A stretch of 64,000 nucleotides of DNA from positions 3,200,001 to 3,264,000 of the forward strand of contig OZ242326.1 in assembly GCA_965208325.1 (NCBI GenBank), in the 5' to 3' direction. Shown piece by piece: positions 1-9,787 of the stretch (positions within the stretch are counted from its first letter, which is position 1; each line of letters opens with the position of its first letter). A program made the position numbers and the translations under genes. The notes under the pieces were generated by a model that saw nothing but the letters and a program-made list of their open reading frames with translations, was not told the DNA's origin and did no database searches. This DNA comes from Candidatus Poribacteria bacterium. GTDB lineage: Bacteria; Poribacteria; WGA-4E; PCPOR2b.

Positions 1-1
1 G

Positions 2-1579
2 GCAGACGGTCGAAGTCGAGACTACGACATTTTTGTTATGGATATACAATCTCGAGAACAGCGTCAAGTGACATTTGCAGGAAGTCTGGACATTCATCCT
101 TCTTGGTCGCCCGACGGTAGTCGGATAGTGTTCGCTTCAGATGCAGGAGGTGTTTTTAATCTCTACACCGTGGATGAGAATGGGGAAAACCGTACCCGCC
201 TGACGAATAGTTCGGGTGACGATATCCATCCTGACTGGTCTCCGGACGGGAGCAAAATCGCGTTCGCTTCCGATCAGGCAAGCGCAGTTCATCAGGTTTA
301 CTGGTTGAATCCTCGAACTGGACACCAAAAGCAGTTGACTCAAATCAGTTTTGGAATTGATTACCCGCGATGGTCGCCTGATGGAACTAAAATAGCATTC
401 TATTCCGCAGTTCGCGATAGAGAACGATGGCCAGACGGCAGCAGGCAAATTTGGCAAGTCAGCACTGATGGATCCGGCTTAAAAAGCCTAATTACAGACG
501 GCGAATTCAATGATGAACCCGTCCTTTCTCCCGCTTTAAAGCACATCGCCTTTACATCAACGAGGGACGATAACACGGACATTTATATCTTCGATCGGGA
601 TTCCCGGCAAATTCAGCGTCTAACTCGCCACCCATCTTCAGATTCGCAGCCGAGTTGGTCGCCGGACGGTAAACACCTTGTGTTCGTCTCACACAGATCG
701 GGCAACGCTGACATACACAGGATTAACGCCGATGGCGGCGGAATTGTGAATTTGACGCAGAGTAAAGTCGACGAATATAGGCCAGCTTGGTCTCCGAAGA
801 GGGACATGATTTGTTTCCTGCGAAATGTAGATGGAAGGTGGGAACTTCGTGTGATGGACGGCAACGGGAAGCGTCAAAATCGGCTGGATAACAGCGTGTT
901 TTACAGCTCACGACCGACATGGTTGCCACGGGGAGATAAGATTGCCTTTGTGAGTATGCCCGATCCGCTGGGTAGGGATTACCGTATCTATACGATGGAT
1001 ACGGACGGGCAGAACAAGCGATTGTTGTTTAGGACAGTAGACGGCGAAATTCGAAAAATCAGTTGGTCGGCAGATGGCGACCAATTGATTTTTGTCCATT
1101 ACGCCAACGGGGTTCACGAAATCCGTATGCTCAATGTGATTACACGAGAGATCAACTCAATTGATTTGAACTTGAAGGTAGTTGCGCCTGACAACGCGGC
1201 TTGGGCGCCTTTAGGCCGGACGATTGTGTTTTCAGCTTTACCAATAGATCGACTACGGTCCGCCTTACGTTATGGCATTCTCTTCATTGACGCCGACAGC
1301 GATAAAACTCAAGAAGCAGAACCTCTATGGAATACCTTCAGTCCCGCCCCGATTCGATTACCCGACAGAAGAGCATGTTTTTCGTGGTCGCCCGATGGGC
1401 GAAACATCCTATTCGGTCACGGAAATTCTGAGAATCTCTACAAAACTGGATTAAGCGCGGGCGGCATCACACGTTTTCGCAGAAATGCGCATTCACCGGA
1501 TTGGAAGACGCCTCGTGTTTGGCGGAGCGTAACTCCCAAGAACAAGCTGCAAACAATTTGGGGCGCGGTCAAAAATTGA
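2..1579 (+). CDS. TolB-like/PD40 beta-propeller repeat protein, 5' end outside the window
   Basis: Many P-x-W-S-P-D-G-x-x-I-A-F repeats. The frame is open from base 2, and bases 1-76 match the interior of paralogue 3650..5548 (offset 3957), so Met38 is internal. Confidence 0.9.
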   Translation, partial: ADGRSRDYDIFVMDIQSREQRQVTFAGSLDIHPSWSPDGSRIVFASDAGGVFNLYTVDENGENRTRLTNSSGDDIHPDWSPDGSKIAFASDQASAVHQVYWLNPRTGHQKQLTQISFGIDYPRWSPDGTKIAFYSAVRDRERWPDGSRQIWQVSTDGSGLKSLITDGEFNDEPVLSPALKHIAFTSTRDDNTDIYIFDRDSRQIQRLTRHPSSDSQPSWSPDGKHLVFVSHRSGNADIHRINADGGGIVNLTQSKVDEYRPAWSPKRDMICFLRNVDGRWELRVMDGNGKRQNRLDNSVFYSSRPTWLPRGDKIAFVSMPDPLGRDYRIYTMDTDGQNKRLLFRTVDGEIRKISWSADGDQLIFVHYANGVHEIRMLNVITREINSIDLNLKVVAPDNAAWAPLGRTIVFSALPIDRLRSALRYGILFIDADSDKTQEAEPLWNTFSPAPIRLPDRRACFSWSPDGRNILFGHGNSENLYKTGLSAGGITRFRRNAHSPDWKTPRVWRSVTPKNKLQTIWGAVKN

Positions 1580-1790
1580 ACGCTTGGAGATATCTTCGCC
1601 GACACTGATTCTAATCAGTAAGCCAACAATTGCAATCAACTCGCTTAGTATCGTATAGCGTTAGGAGACATGACCATGATGATAATAGCGAAATGCCATC
1701 AGCAAACACACACATGTGATGCGAATCGTTACTTGTCGGCACGAATTGAGGTCGTCACACATTTTGTTATTTCGTTGCTGCTGATGTACT
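1577..1790 (+). repeat. Duplicated intergenic and N-terminal segment (partner at about 3557-3770)
   Basis: CAACAATTGCAATCAACTCGCTTAGTATCGTATAGCGTTAGGAGA is identical in both copies; flanks are highly similar. Confidence 0.9.
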
Positions 1791-3559
1791 TCGGTGTTTT
1801 TCCCGCAAATGCGCAGAAGCAACAAGAGCAAATTGTGTTTGTGTCTGAGGTCGCAGACCTTGACCAAATACACCTAAGAAAGGCTGGAGGCGGTCGAGTT
1901 AAAACTAATAAGCTCACATTACAAGAGCCAACAGGAAGCTATTTAACACCATCACTATCGTTTGATGGAGAACAGGTTGCATTTGCCTCTCGACTTGGAC
2001 GAAACTATGATATCTATGTTATGGAGCTACGGTCTCGTAAGCAGCGCCGCGTGACGTTTGCGCCAAGTCGGGACCTTTATCCGTCTTGGGCGACCGATGG
2101 AAGTCGGATTGCCTTTGCCTCGGACAAAGACGGAGTTTTTAATCTTTACACCATCGAAAAAAATGGAGAAAACCGCACCCGTCTGACAAATAGTTCGGGC
2201 GACGATATCCAACCCGACTGGTCTCCGGACGGGAGCAAAATCGCGTTCGCTTCTGATCAGGCAAGCGCAGTGCATCAAGTTTACTGTATGCATGTCCGAA
2301 CAGGAGATCAACAGAAACTGACTCAATTAGATTTTAATGCCGATTATCCGAGATGGTCGCCTGATGGGACTCAGATTGCATACCATTCTGCAGTTTTTGA
2401 CTGGGAGCCGCTGATTCGGCAAATTTGGCAGGTCGGCGCGGATGGATCGGGCTTAAAGAGCTTAATTACAGACGGCGAATACAATGATGACCCAGTCATT
2501 TCTCATGACTTAAAGCGAATTGCCTTTACATCTACTAGAGACGGTAATACGGACATTTATACCTACGATAGGGCTTCGATGCAAATTCACCGTATAACGC
2601 ATGACCCGTCTGACGATTATCAACCGAGTTGGTCTCCGGACGGAAAACACCTGGTTTTTGTTTCTGACAGAACCGGCAACCCTGACATTTACAAGATGAA
2701 CGCCGAAGGCGGCGGGATTGTTAGGTTGACTCGAAGCGATGCCGACGAAACTATGCCGGCTTGGTCGCCGCAAGGGGATTTGATCTGTTTCGTGCGAAAG
2801 GTAGGAGATGATGTACTTGGAAGACGGGAGATTCGTGTGATGGACAGCGACGGGAATCGTCAAATTAGGCTGGAAAATATCCCGTTTTCCAACAGATTTC
2901 CGGCATGGTCGCCGCAAGGGGATAAGATTGCCTTTGTGAATTGGCCCGAACGGCTCACTAGGGTTGATCGCATCTATACAGTTGATATAGATGGGCAGAA
3001 TAAGCGTTTGTTGTTTGAGACATTGGATGGCCGACTTGGAAGAATCAGTTGGTCTGGGGAGGGCAGGAAAATACTGTTTGTTTATCACTCAACAGGCGAC
3101 GCGATTTTTCAAGAAATTCGTATGCTTGATGTGAATACGCGAAAGGTCAACTCAATTAAATTGAAGCCGTTTTGGCTTGACAATGCTACTTGGGCGCCAA
3201 TTGGTAGGACGATTTTCTTTTCGGCTAAGCCGGTACGCCTGTTGCCCACCAAAGCCCCCCTTCGCCATGGCATTTTCTTGGTGGATGCCGGTGGGAATAT
3301 CCAAGAACCAAAACCCCTATGGGATACCTTCAGCGCCGAGGAACAATACAGAAAGCAGCGTTTTACGTGGTCGCCGGATGGGCACAGCATCCTATTCAGC
3401 CGAGGAGATGGAAAACTCTACTTAACCAAGCTGGACGGAGGAGGCGTCACACGTTTTCTCAACAATGCACATTCACCGGATTGGAAGATGCCTCGTGTCT
3501 GGCGGAGCGTAACATCCAAGAACAAGCTGCAAACAACTTGGGGAGAAGTCAAGAAATGA
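1670..3559 (+). CDS. Secreted TolB-like/PD40 beta-propeller repeat protein
   Basis: AGGAGA RBS; hydrophobic segment ending ...FPANA-Q (signal peptide-like); about 10 WSPDG-type repeats; C-terminal SV-x4-K-x4-WG-x-VK tail. Confidence 0.9.
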   Translation: MTMMIIAKCHQQTHTCDANRYLSARIEVVTHFVISLLLMYFGVFPANAQKQQEQIVFVSEVADLDQIHLRKAGGGRVKTNKLTLQEPTGSYLTPSLSFDGEQVAFASRLGRNYDIYVMELRSRKQRRVTFAPSRDLYPSWATDGSRIAFASDKDGVFNLYTIEKNGENRTRLTNSSGDDIQPDWSPDGSKIAFASDQASAVHQVYCMHVRTGDQQKLTQLDFNADYPRWSPDGTQIAYHSAVFDWEPLIRQIWQVGADGSGLKSLITDGEYNDDPVISHDLKRIAFTSTRDGNTDIYTYDRASMQIHRITHDPSDDYQPSWSPDGKHLVFVSDRTGNPDIYKMNAEGGGIVRLTRSDADETMPAWSPQGDLICFVRKVGDDVLGRREIRVMDSDGNRQIRLENIPFSNRFPAWSPQGDKIAFVNWPERLTRVDRIYTVDIDGQNKRLLFETLDGRLGRISWSGEGRKILFVYHSTGDAIFQEIRMLDVNTRKVNSIKLKPFWLDNATWAPIGRTIFFSAKPVRLLPTKAPLRHGIFLVDAGGNIQEPKPLWDTFSAEEQYRKQRFTWSPDGHSILFSRGDGKLYLTKLDGGGVTRFLNNAHSPDWKMPRVWRSVTSKNKLQTTWGEVKK

Positions 3560-3649
3560 ACCCTTGGCGATATCTTCAGCGACACTGATTCTAGTCGGAA
3601 AGTCAACAATTGCAATCAACTCGCTTAGTATCGTATAGCGTTAGGAGAT

Positions 3650-5548
3650 ATGACCATGAAGATAATAGCGAAATGCCATCAACGAACCAATACATGTGAT
3701 GCAAATCGTTACTTGTCGGCACGAGTTGAGGTCGTCACACATTTTGTTATTTTGTTGCTCCTGATGAATTTCACTTTGTTTCCGGCAAATGCCCAAAATC
3801 AACAAGAGCAAATTGTGTTTGTGTCAGGAGGGGACGACCGTGACGAAATACATCTCAGCAAGCCTGGAGGCGGTCAAATTCAAAAACTTACTTTACAACA
3901 AAAACGCTATGCCACACCATCGTTGTCGTACGATGGAAAACGGGTTGCGTTTGCCTCGGCAGACGGTCGAAGTCGAGACTACGACATTTTTGTTATGGAT
4001 ATACAATCTCGAGAACAGCGTCAAGTGACATTTATAGCAAGTCGAGACCTTTATCCGTCTTGGGCGCCCGACGGTAGTCGGATAGTGTTCGCTTCAGATG
4101 CAGGAGGTGTTTTCAATCTCTACACCGTGGATGAGAATGGAGAAAACCGTACCCGCCTGACGAATAGTTCGGGTGACGATATCCATCCTGACTGGTCTCC
4201 GGACGGGAGCAAAATCGCGTTCGCGTCGGATCAGGCAAGCGCGGTGCATCAAGTTTACTCGTTGAATCCTCGAACCGGACGCCAAAAGCAATTGACTCAA
4301 ATCAATTATAATAGCCGTTACCCGAGATGGTCTCCGGATGGGACTGAGTTGGCATTCTATTCGGCGGTTGTTGACAGGGAACGATGGCCAGACGGCAGCA
4401 GGCAAATTTGGCAAGTCAGCGCTGATGGAACCGGCTTAAAAAGCCTAATTACAGACGGCGACTACAATGATGAGCCAGTCATTTCTCATGACTTAAAGCG
4501 TATTGCCTTCATGTCTGCGAGAAATGATAATACGGACATTTATATCTTCGATCGAGATTCCCGGCAAATTCTGCGTCTTACTCGCCACCCATCTTTCGAT
4601 TCGCGGCCGAGTTGGTCGCCGGACAGTAAACATCTTGTGTTCGTTTCTCGCAGATCTGACAGCGCTGACATTTATAAGATTAACGCCGATGGCGGCGGGC
4701 TTGTGAATCTGACTCGCAGCGATGCCGATGAATCTATGCCAGTTTGGTCTCCGAAGAGGGACACAATCTGTTTCGTGCGAAATGTAGATGGAAGGCGGGA
4801 GATTCGTGTGATGGACAGTCATGGGAAGCGTCAAATGCGGCTGGATAATAGCCCATTCTACAGCTCACCGCCGACATGGTTGCCGCGAGGAGATAAGATT
4901 GCCTTTGTGAGTAAACCCGATCAGCTTGGTAGGGATTACCGTATCTATACAATGGATACGGATGGGCAGAATAAGCGACTGTTGTTTAGGACAGTAGATG
5001 GCGAAGTTCGAAAAATCAGTTGGTCTGCGGATGGCAAGCAAATGCTGTTTGTCCATTACGCCAATGGGGTTCACGAAATTCGTATGCTTGATGTGATTAC
5101 ACGAAAGGTTAGCAAAATAAATTTGAATTTGAAGGTGGTTGCGCCTGACAACGCGGCTTGGGCGCCTTTAGGCAGGACGATTGTGTTTTCAGCTTTACCA
5201 ATAAATCGACTACGGTCCGCCTTACGATATGGCATTCTCTTGATTGACGCCGACAGCGATAAATCTCAAGAAGCAGAACCTCTATGGAATACCTTCAGTC
5301 CCGACCCGATTCGATTACCCGACAGCAGAGCACGTTTTTCGTGGTCGCCCGATGGGCAGAACATCCTTTTCAGTCACGGAAATTCTGAGAATCTCTACAA
5401 AACTGGATTAAGCGGGGGAGGCGTCACACGTTTTCGCAGAAATGCGCATTCACCGGATTGGAAGACGCCTCGCGTTTGGCGGAGCGTAACTCCCAAAAAC
5501 AAGCTGCAAACAACTTGGGGAGAAGTCAAAGAAATAAACCGTGAGTAA
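3650..5548 (+). CDS. Secreted TolB-like/PD40 beta-propeller repeat protein
   Basis: Same architecture as 1670..3559; its start lies exactly 1980 bp downstream, with a near-identical upstream region. Confidence 0.9.
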   Translation: MTMKIIAKCHQRTNTCDANRYLSARVEVVTHFVILLLLMNFTLFPANAQNQQEQIVFVSGGDDRDEIHLSKPGGGQIQKLTLQQKRYATPSLSYDGKRVAFASADGRSRDYDIFVMDIQSREQRQVTFIASRDLYPSWAPDGSRIVFASDAGGVFNLYTVDENGENRTRLTNSSGDDIHPDWSPDGSKIAFASDQASAVHQVYSLNPRTGRQKQLTQINYNSRYPRWSPDGTELAFYSAVVDRERWPDGSRQIWQVSADGTGLKSLITDGDYNDEPVISHDLKRIAFMSARNDNTDIYIFDRDSRQILRLTRHPSFDSRPSWSPDSKHLVFVSRRSDSADIYKINADGGGLVNLTRSDADESMPVWSPKRDTICFVRNVDGRREIRVMDSHGKRQMRLDNSPFYSSPPTWLPRGDKIAFVSKPDQLGRDYRIYTMDTDGQNKRLLFRTVDGEVRKISWSADGKQMLFVHYANGVHEIRMLDVITRKVSKINLNLKVVAPDNAAWAPLGRTIVFSALPINRLRSALRYGILLIDADSDKSQEAEPLWNTFSPDPIRLPDSRARFSWSPDGQNILFSHGNSENLYKTGLSGGGVTRFRRNAHSPDWKTPRVWRSVTPKNKLQTTWGEVKEINRE

Positions 5549-5616
5549 CCTCATTATTTTAGGCATCATTTGCCAATTACTGCCATCACCTGTCTCGTTC
5601 GGATGAGGTAACGATT

Positions 5617-5949
5617 ATGCGAAAAAAACGGTTTCCTTTGGTGATACTACTAAGCATAGCGGTTTCATTTATGCTCTACTTCTTCATATCCAATATGTTG
5701 AAAGAACCAGAAATCCAGATAGTATACGTGCTGCTAGATGAACCTATCAAGGCTGTCACTAAACGGCGGTCTCGGTATTATGCTACTCATGCTCAAACCA
5801 CAGGGCTAGGGGAACAACATGAGTCAATGGAAATACAGCATGGATTACCTGATGAATTGGAACGCGATACACCAGATTTCAACACATCGCTACTTCTTTC
5901 CTTCTTGACAACCTCGCGGCAATCGGTTACAATTACCTGCCAAAAATAA
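5617..5949 (+). CDS. Hypothetical membrane-anchored protein, possibly truncated
   Basis: GAGG RBS; basic N-terminus followed by one TM helix; ends just before a MITE-like element. Confidence 0.5.
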   Translation: MRKKRFPLVILLSIAVSFMLYFFISNMLKEPEIQIVYVLLDEPIKAVTKRRSRYYATHAQTTGLGEQHESMEIQHGLPDELERDTPDFNTSLLLSFLTTSRQSVTITCQK

Positions 5950-6041
5950 TAACCTTCGTGTCCGGAAATATGGGGTCTCTTCATTTATCAAAACGATTGC
6001 ATAGGTGCACAGCGCCGACGCTTGCAGCGTAAGAAATAATG

Positions 6042-6458
6042 GGGTGTGTTGACATTTATGTAAAGCTGCCTGTAATCGTAAGGGATCAACCGAGTGAATA
6101 GCGAGGGATCAAGCGACTGAATAGGGAGTGCGATAGTTTTACTTATAGTGTTTATCTGGTCACCTCGCCCATTGACTAACGCGGGCAGGGAACTCCCAAC
6201 CATACAGATTGAGTGGGTTGTACATCAAGAATCATACATTTACAAAACAACAGGAGTGTTGCACCATTGTCTTGGCTCAAAAAAGCCGGCATGTTGCACT
6301 CTATTCTAGAGTATTGCCGCTTTTGGCCGAACAACCTACAGCAGTCCGAAATCGTGTCTCAGCGTGAACATAGGGTTGGGAAACCCAACCCCTACGAAGG
6401 GTCATGTGTTTGTGCGCCTCTCTTGATTGTCCGGCTGTGATGAAATGTCAACAGATCC
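6042..6458. mobile_element. MITE-like element, copy 1
   Basis: Terminal inverted repeats TGTTGACATTT...AAATGTCAACA; internal blocks shared with 59425..59661; no transposase. Confidence 0.75.
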
Positions 6459-6473
6459 GAGTAAATTGGAGAC

Positions 6474-7232
6474 ATGAGAACACCAATCGTTGCTGGTAAC
6501 TGGAAACTCTACAAGACAATCAGTGAGGCTGTAGAGTTTGGTATTGAGTTGCGGGAATTAGCCGCGGATGTTACCGGTGTTGAGATTGTTATCGCTCCGC
6601 CCTTTACTGCCCTATCGGCGGTTGCGAATGTGCTAGCAGGCAGCAATATCCGTCTTGCGGCGCAAGATGTGTTTTGGGAAGAAAAAGGCGCATTCACCGG
6701 CGAAGTTTCACCGGTAATGCTCAAGGATGCCGGTTGCGGCTATGTAATCATCGGTCATTCTGAGCGGCGGGGATATTTCGGCGAAACGGATGCAAGCGTC
6801 AATCGCAAGGCAAAAGCGGCGCACATTCACGGCTTAAAACCGATTTTCTGTGTGGGCGAGAAACTTGAAGATCGAAACGCCGGAAATACAGAATCGGTGG
6901 TTGAAGCACAGGTCGTGAAGGGAATTTCCGGGTTCTCCGAAGCCGAAATTCTGTCTACCGTGATCGCCTATGAACCCGTGTGGGCGATTGGCACGGGCAT
7001 AACCGCAAGATCGGATCAGGCACAGGAAGTTCACGGTTTTATCAGATCGTTGTTGTCGAGAATCTACTCGACCGATTCGGCAAAGCAGGTTCGCCTCCAG
7101 TATGGCGGCAGCGTCAACGCAGGCAACACTGCCGAGTTGATGGCGCAACCGGATGTGGATGGGGTCTTGGTTGGCGGAGCAAGCTTGGAAGTTGAGTCAT
7201 TTGCACATATCGTGAAAGCAGCACACGGATAA
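6474..7232 (+). CDS. tpiA: Triosephosphate isomerase
   Basis: AGNWK, GAFTGE, IIGHSERR, AYEPVWAIGTG, YGGSV and LVGGASL motifs. Confidence 0.98.
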   Translation: MRTPIVAGNWKLYKTISEAVEFGIELRELAADVTGVEIVIAPPFTALSAVANVLAGSNIRLAAQDVFWEEKGAFTGEVSPVMLKDAGCGYVIIGHSERRGYFGETDASVNRKAKAAHIHGLKPIFCVGEKLEDRNAGNTESVVEAQVVKGISGFSEAEILSTVIAYEPVWAIGTGITARSDQAQEVHGFIRSLLSRIYSTDSAKQVRLQYGGSVNAGNTAELMAQPDVDGVLVGGASLEVESFAHIVKAAHG

Positions 7233-7250
7233 AGTAAAGCGAGGATTATC

Positions 7251-7649
7251 ATGGGAATTTTTATCGGTTTTGTAATGGTACTATTTGTACCCGTATGTAT
7301 TTTGTTGGTAGTTATCATATTGTTGCAAGATAGTAAAGGTGAGGGGCTGTCATCTAGCGCATTTGGAGCCTCTGAAGTACAATCGATTTTGGGCGGTAGA
7401 GGGGCGGCGACCTTCCTCTCCAAACTTACAACGTGGCTCGCTGTTGGATTCATGGTGATGTCGCTCTTTTTGATGCGATTCTACGGTGATATTAATAGCG
7501 GCGCATTGACCCCGATTGAGACGGAAGAGGCGCAATCGGAAAGCGCTGTGTCCACCGATGATGATGAGGCCAATCAAACTGAAACAGATGAAGTTATGGA
7601 CGCTGTTGAAACCGGCGGCACCGGTGACGCTGAATCCGATAGTCAATAG
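7251..7649 (+). CDS. secG: Preprotein translocase subunit SecG with acidic C-terminal tail
   Basis: Two TM helices, ILLQ-x-x-KG-x-GL...FG and L-S-K-x-T motifs; conserved position after tpiA. Confidence 0.92.
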   Translation: MGIFIGFVMVLFVPVCILLVVIILLQDSKGEGLSSSAFGASEVQSILGGRGAATFLSKLTTWLAVGFMVMSLFLMRFYGDINSGALTPIETEEAQSESAVSTDDDEANQTETDEVMDAVETGGTGDAESDSQ

Positions 7650-7691
7650 TCCGAATTATCAATCGTTACGCGTTTCCCCATAAAATCGCGA

Positions 7692-8108
7692 ATGTCCGAG
7701 CAAGGAGTTCCTCAAGAAAGTTGGACTGTCCACCCGCTCTGCGATAGTTGGAAGCGCTCTGCACTCTTGTTCCTTTTCCTCACCGCTATTTTCATTACCG
7801 TCTATTTATTCTGGCGGTCTGTGTGGGTTACGCTTTTTTCGGCGATACTTCTAATTGGATCGCTGTACCGGTATTTCGTGCCATTCCGCTATGAACTCTA
7901 CGCAGATAGATTAGTGGTTACGTCGTTGTTTTACCGCGTTGCAAAACCGTGGTCAGACTTCCATAGCTTCTATGTCGACCGCAACGGCGTATTGCTTAGC
8001 CCATTCGCTAAGCCTTCCCGCCTTGAGAATTTCCGAGGCCTATATGTCCGTTTTGGTTCCAACCGTCTCGAAGTGATTGAATTCATCAAACTAAAAATTT
8101 CATCATGA
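7692..8108 (+). CDS. Hypothetical membrane protein
   Basis: Two TM helices followed by a soluble region (LSPFAKPSRLENFRGLY); co-directional with secG. Confidence 0.75.
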   Translation: MSEQGVPQESWTVHPLCDSWKRSALLFLFLTAIFITVYLFWRSVWVTLFSAILLIGSLYRYFVPFRYELYADRLVVTSLFYRVAKPWSDFHSFYVDRNGVLLSPFAKPSRLENFRGLYVRFGSNRLEVIEFIKLKISS

Positions 8109-8227
8109 AGTTGTAGGTAGACGCAACCCATGACATCAATCGTCGACACTGATGAAAGATTGCGGCCGGATAGGTATTTTTCGGCAATTAATCAGTTCCC
8201 CGTATGTCCGAGTCCGCGATTTTGTAT

Positions 8228-8256
8228 TTGATTAAAAAATCGAGTTGTGCTATACT
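8228..8256 (+). promoter_or_regulatory. Sigma70-type promoter
   Basis: TTGATT-17 bp-TATACT with extended -10 TG. Confidence 0.6.
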
Positions 8257-8391
8257 AACAAACCTTAATTGAACCAAGCAATCCACAATAAATCCACTAG
8301 CAGTGATGAGATCAACCGAGTGAATAAGGACGGCGATAGTATTCCAAATCGCCAAAGTTTTGAAGTTCCCGCTAAGGAGGTAAAATCTCTA

Positions 8392-9183
8392 ATGAAGAGT
8401 TCGAATGGCTCTGTAATAATGAATATAGCTGCATTGCTTATATTTACTCTATTCGTTGCCGGATGTATGGGAGGAACCGCGTTAAAACACGAATCGCCGG
8501 TTCATCCTCCTGAGAATCTACCCGAAGATATCGTGCTTGACGCAGAAAACCCTGACTTTTTCAAAATCGCCGCCAAAGGCCCAATACTCTCTATGACGCA
8601 GAAGGATATTACCGTTTCACTTTCCTATTGGCGAAATGCCGATCTTAATTTTAGATATAATCGTGGGAGTTCAGTCTCACCTTTTTTTGAAACAGAAGGG
8701 CTTAAACAAGGCGATAAAACAGATGTCTTTTATGTGAAAATCGAAAACAACAGTCCCCAGAAAGTAGTCTTCAAGGTACAGGGGAGACGGGCTAGAGATG
8801 TGGCGGGATCGGTAGCAATATGTGAAATTGCCGATAAGAAGGAGAATCGTTTCCCAGTGCTGAGTTACGCTGATTTGGAGCAACGTCTCAGATACATGAC
8901 AAAGGTCGGCGGGCTGTATGTCAAGAATGGACTCGAGATAGCCAGGCAAATCTTAATTGAGCTTCAGATTCCGGACGATGAAATACTACCGGGTGAAAGC
9001 GCCGAAGGTTTCCTTCCATTTCAAGAGCTGAAACTAAACACCAGAGAGTTAGAAGTTATCATCCCGTTGGAGAAAGCGCCGCCGGAAGGTACAGCAGGGC
9101 GTTATCAAAACGTAGTGTTCAGGTTTCCCTTTGAACACTCCGAATCGATTAGACACGCTCAACCTCCCACAACCAGATACTGA
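8392..9183 (+). CDS. Hypothetical lipoprotein
   Basis: AAGGAGG RBS before ATG 8392 (in frame with ORF 8269); hydrophobic stretch ending in lipobox VAG-C. Confidence 0.8.
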   Translation: MKSSNGSVIMNIAALLIFTLFVAGCMGGTALKHESPVHPPENLPEDIVLDAENPDFFKIAAKGPILSMTQKDITVSLSYWRNADLNFRYNRGSSVSPFFETEGLKQGDKTDVFYVKIENNSPQKVVFKVQGRRARDVAGSVAICEIADKKENRFPVLSYADLEQRLRYMTKVGGLYVKNGLEIARQILIELQIPDDEILPGESAEGFLPFQELKLNTRELEVIIPLEKAPPEGTAGRYQNVVFRFPFEHSESIRHAQPPTTRY

Positions 9184-9787
9184 TGCTAGAGTAGTGTCTA
9201 GAGCGGCTCACCTTCAATGTTGGTTGGCTTAATCAAATCGCCTCTTTTATTGCGGGCCGATTTCCATTTTGGCGGGACAACGTGTTTGGCTAGATGTACA
9301 GCCATTAGTGAAGCGCGTTATACAAAATACGTATAATCTTGGCTTGGACGCTGAAGTTTTATTCACTGTCAAGTGCGAGTAACCCCGTCTCTTGTTTACT
9401 CTTAGCCTAAGGTATTTTCGATTTGTCAGTTTAACATTATTAGTTCGGCTTTCATCGCTGAAAGCAACCTTGATTTCAAAAGTAGTCTCCTGCCTAGTTT
9501 AATATCCCTCCGGTATCTTCCTGTCAACTCTTTCAATGGCGTTAACTTCAGCAGTTAATGCCATTTCTCCAAGATGCTACTGCATATGTATCGAAATCAA
9601 GCAAGAATTTCAAATAATGCTTGCCGCTTTTGCAACTGCTAATCACCATCCGTGTCAACACCGAATGCTGAAGTGCGCGCATAAACATGTTCCATCACTC
9701 AACCACACAATTCAAAGTTCAGACAGCCGCTTCGCCAAAACCGAATTGCGGGCTATGTAATAAGGGGTCTCTATTGCGTGAACGGCG

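Noticed and set aside
2..5548. Diversity-generating retroelement explaining paralogue variation
   Set aside because: No reverse transcriptase is present, and differences are not restricted to adenines; tandem duplication with conversion fits better.
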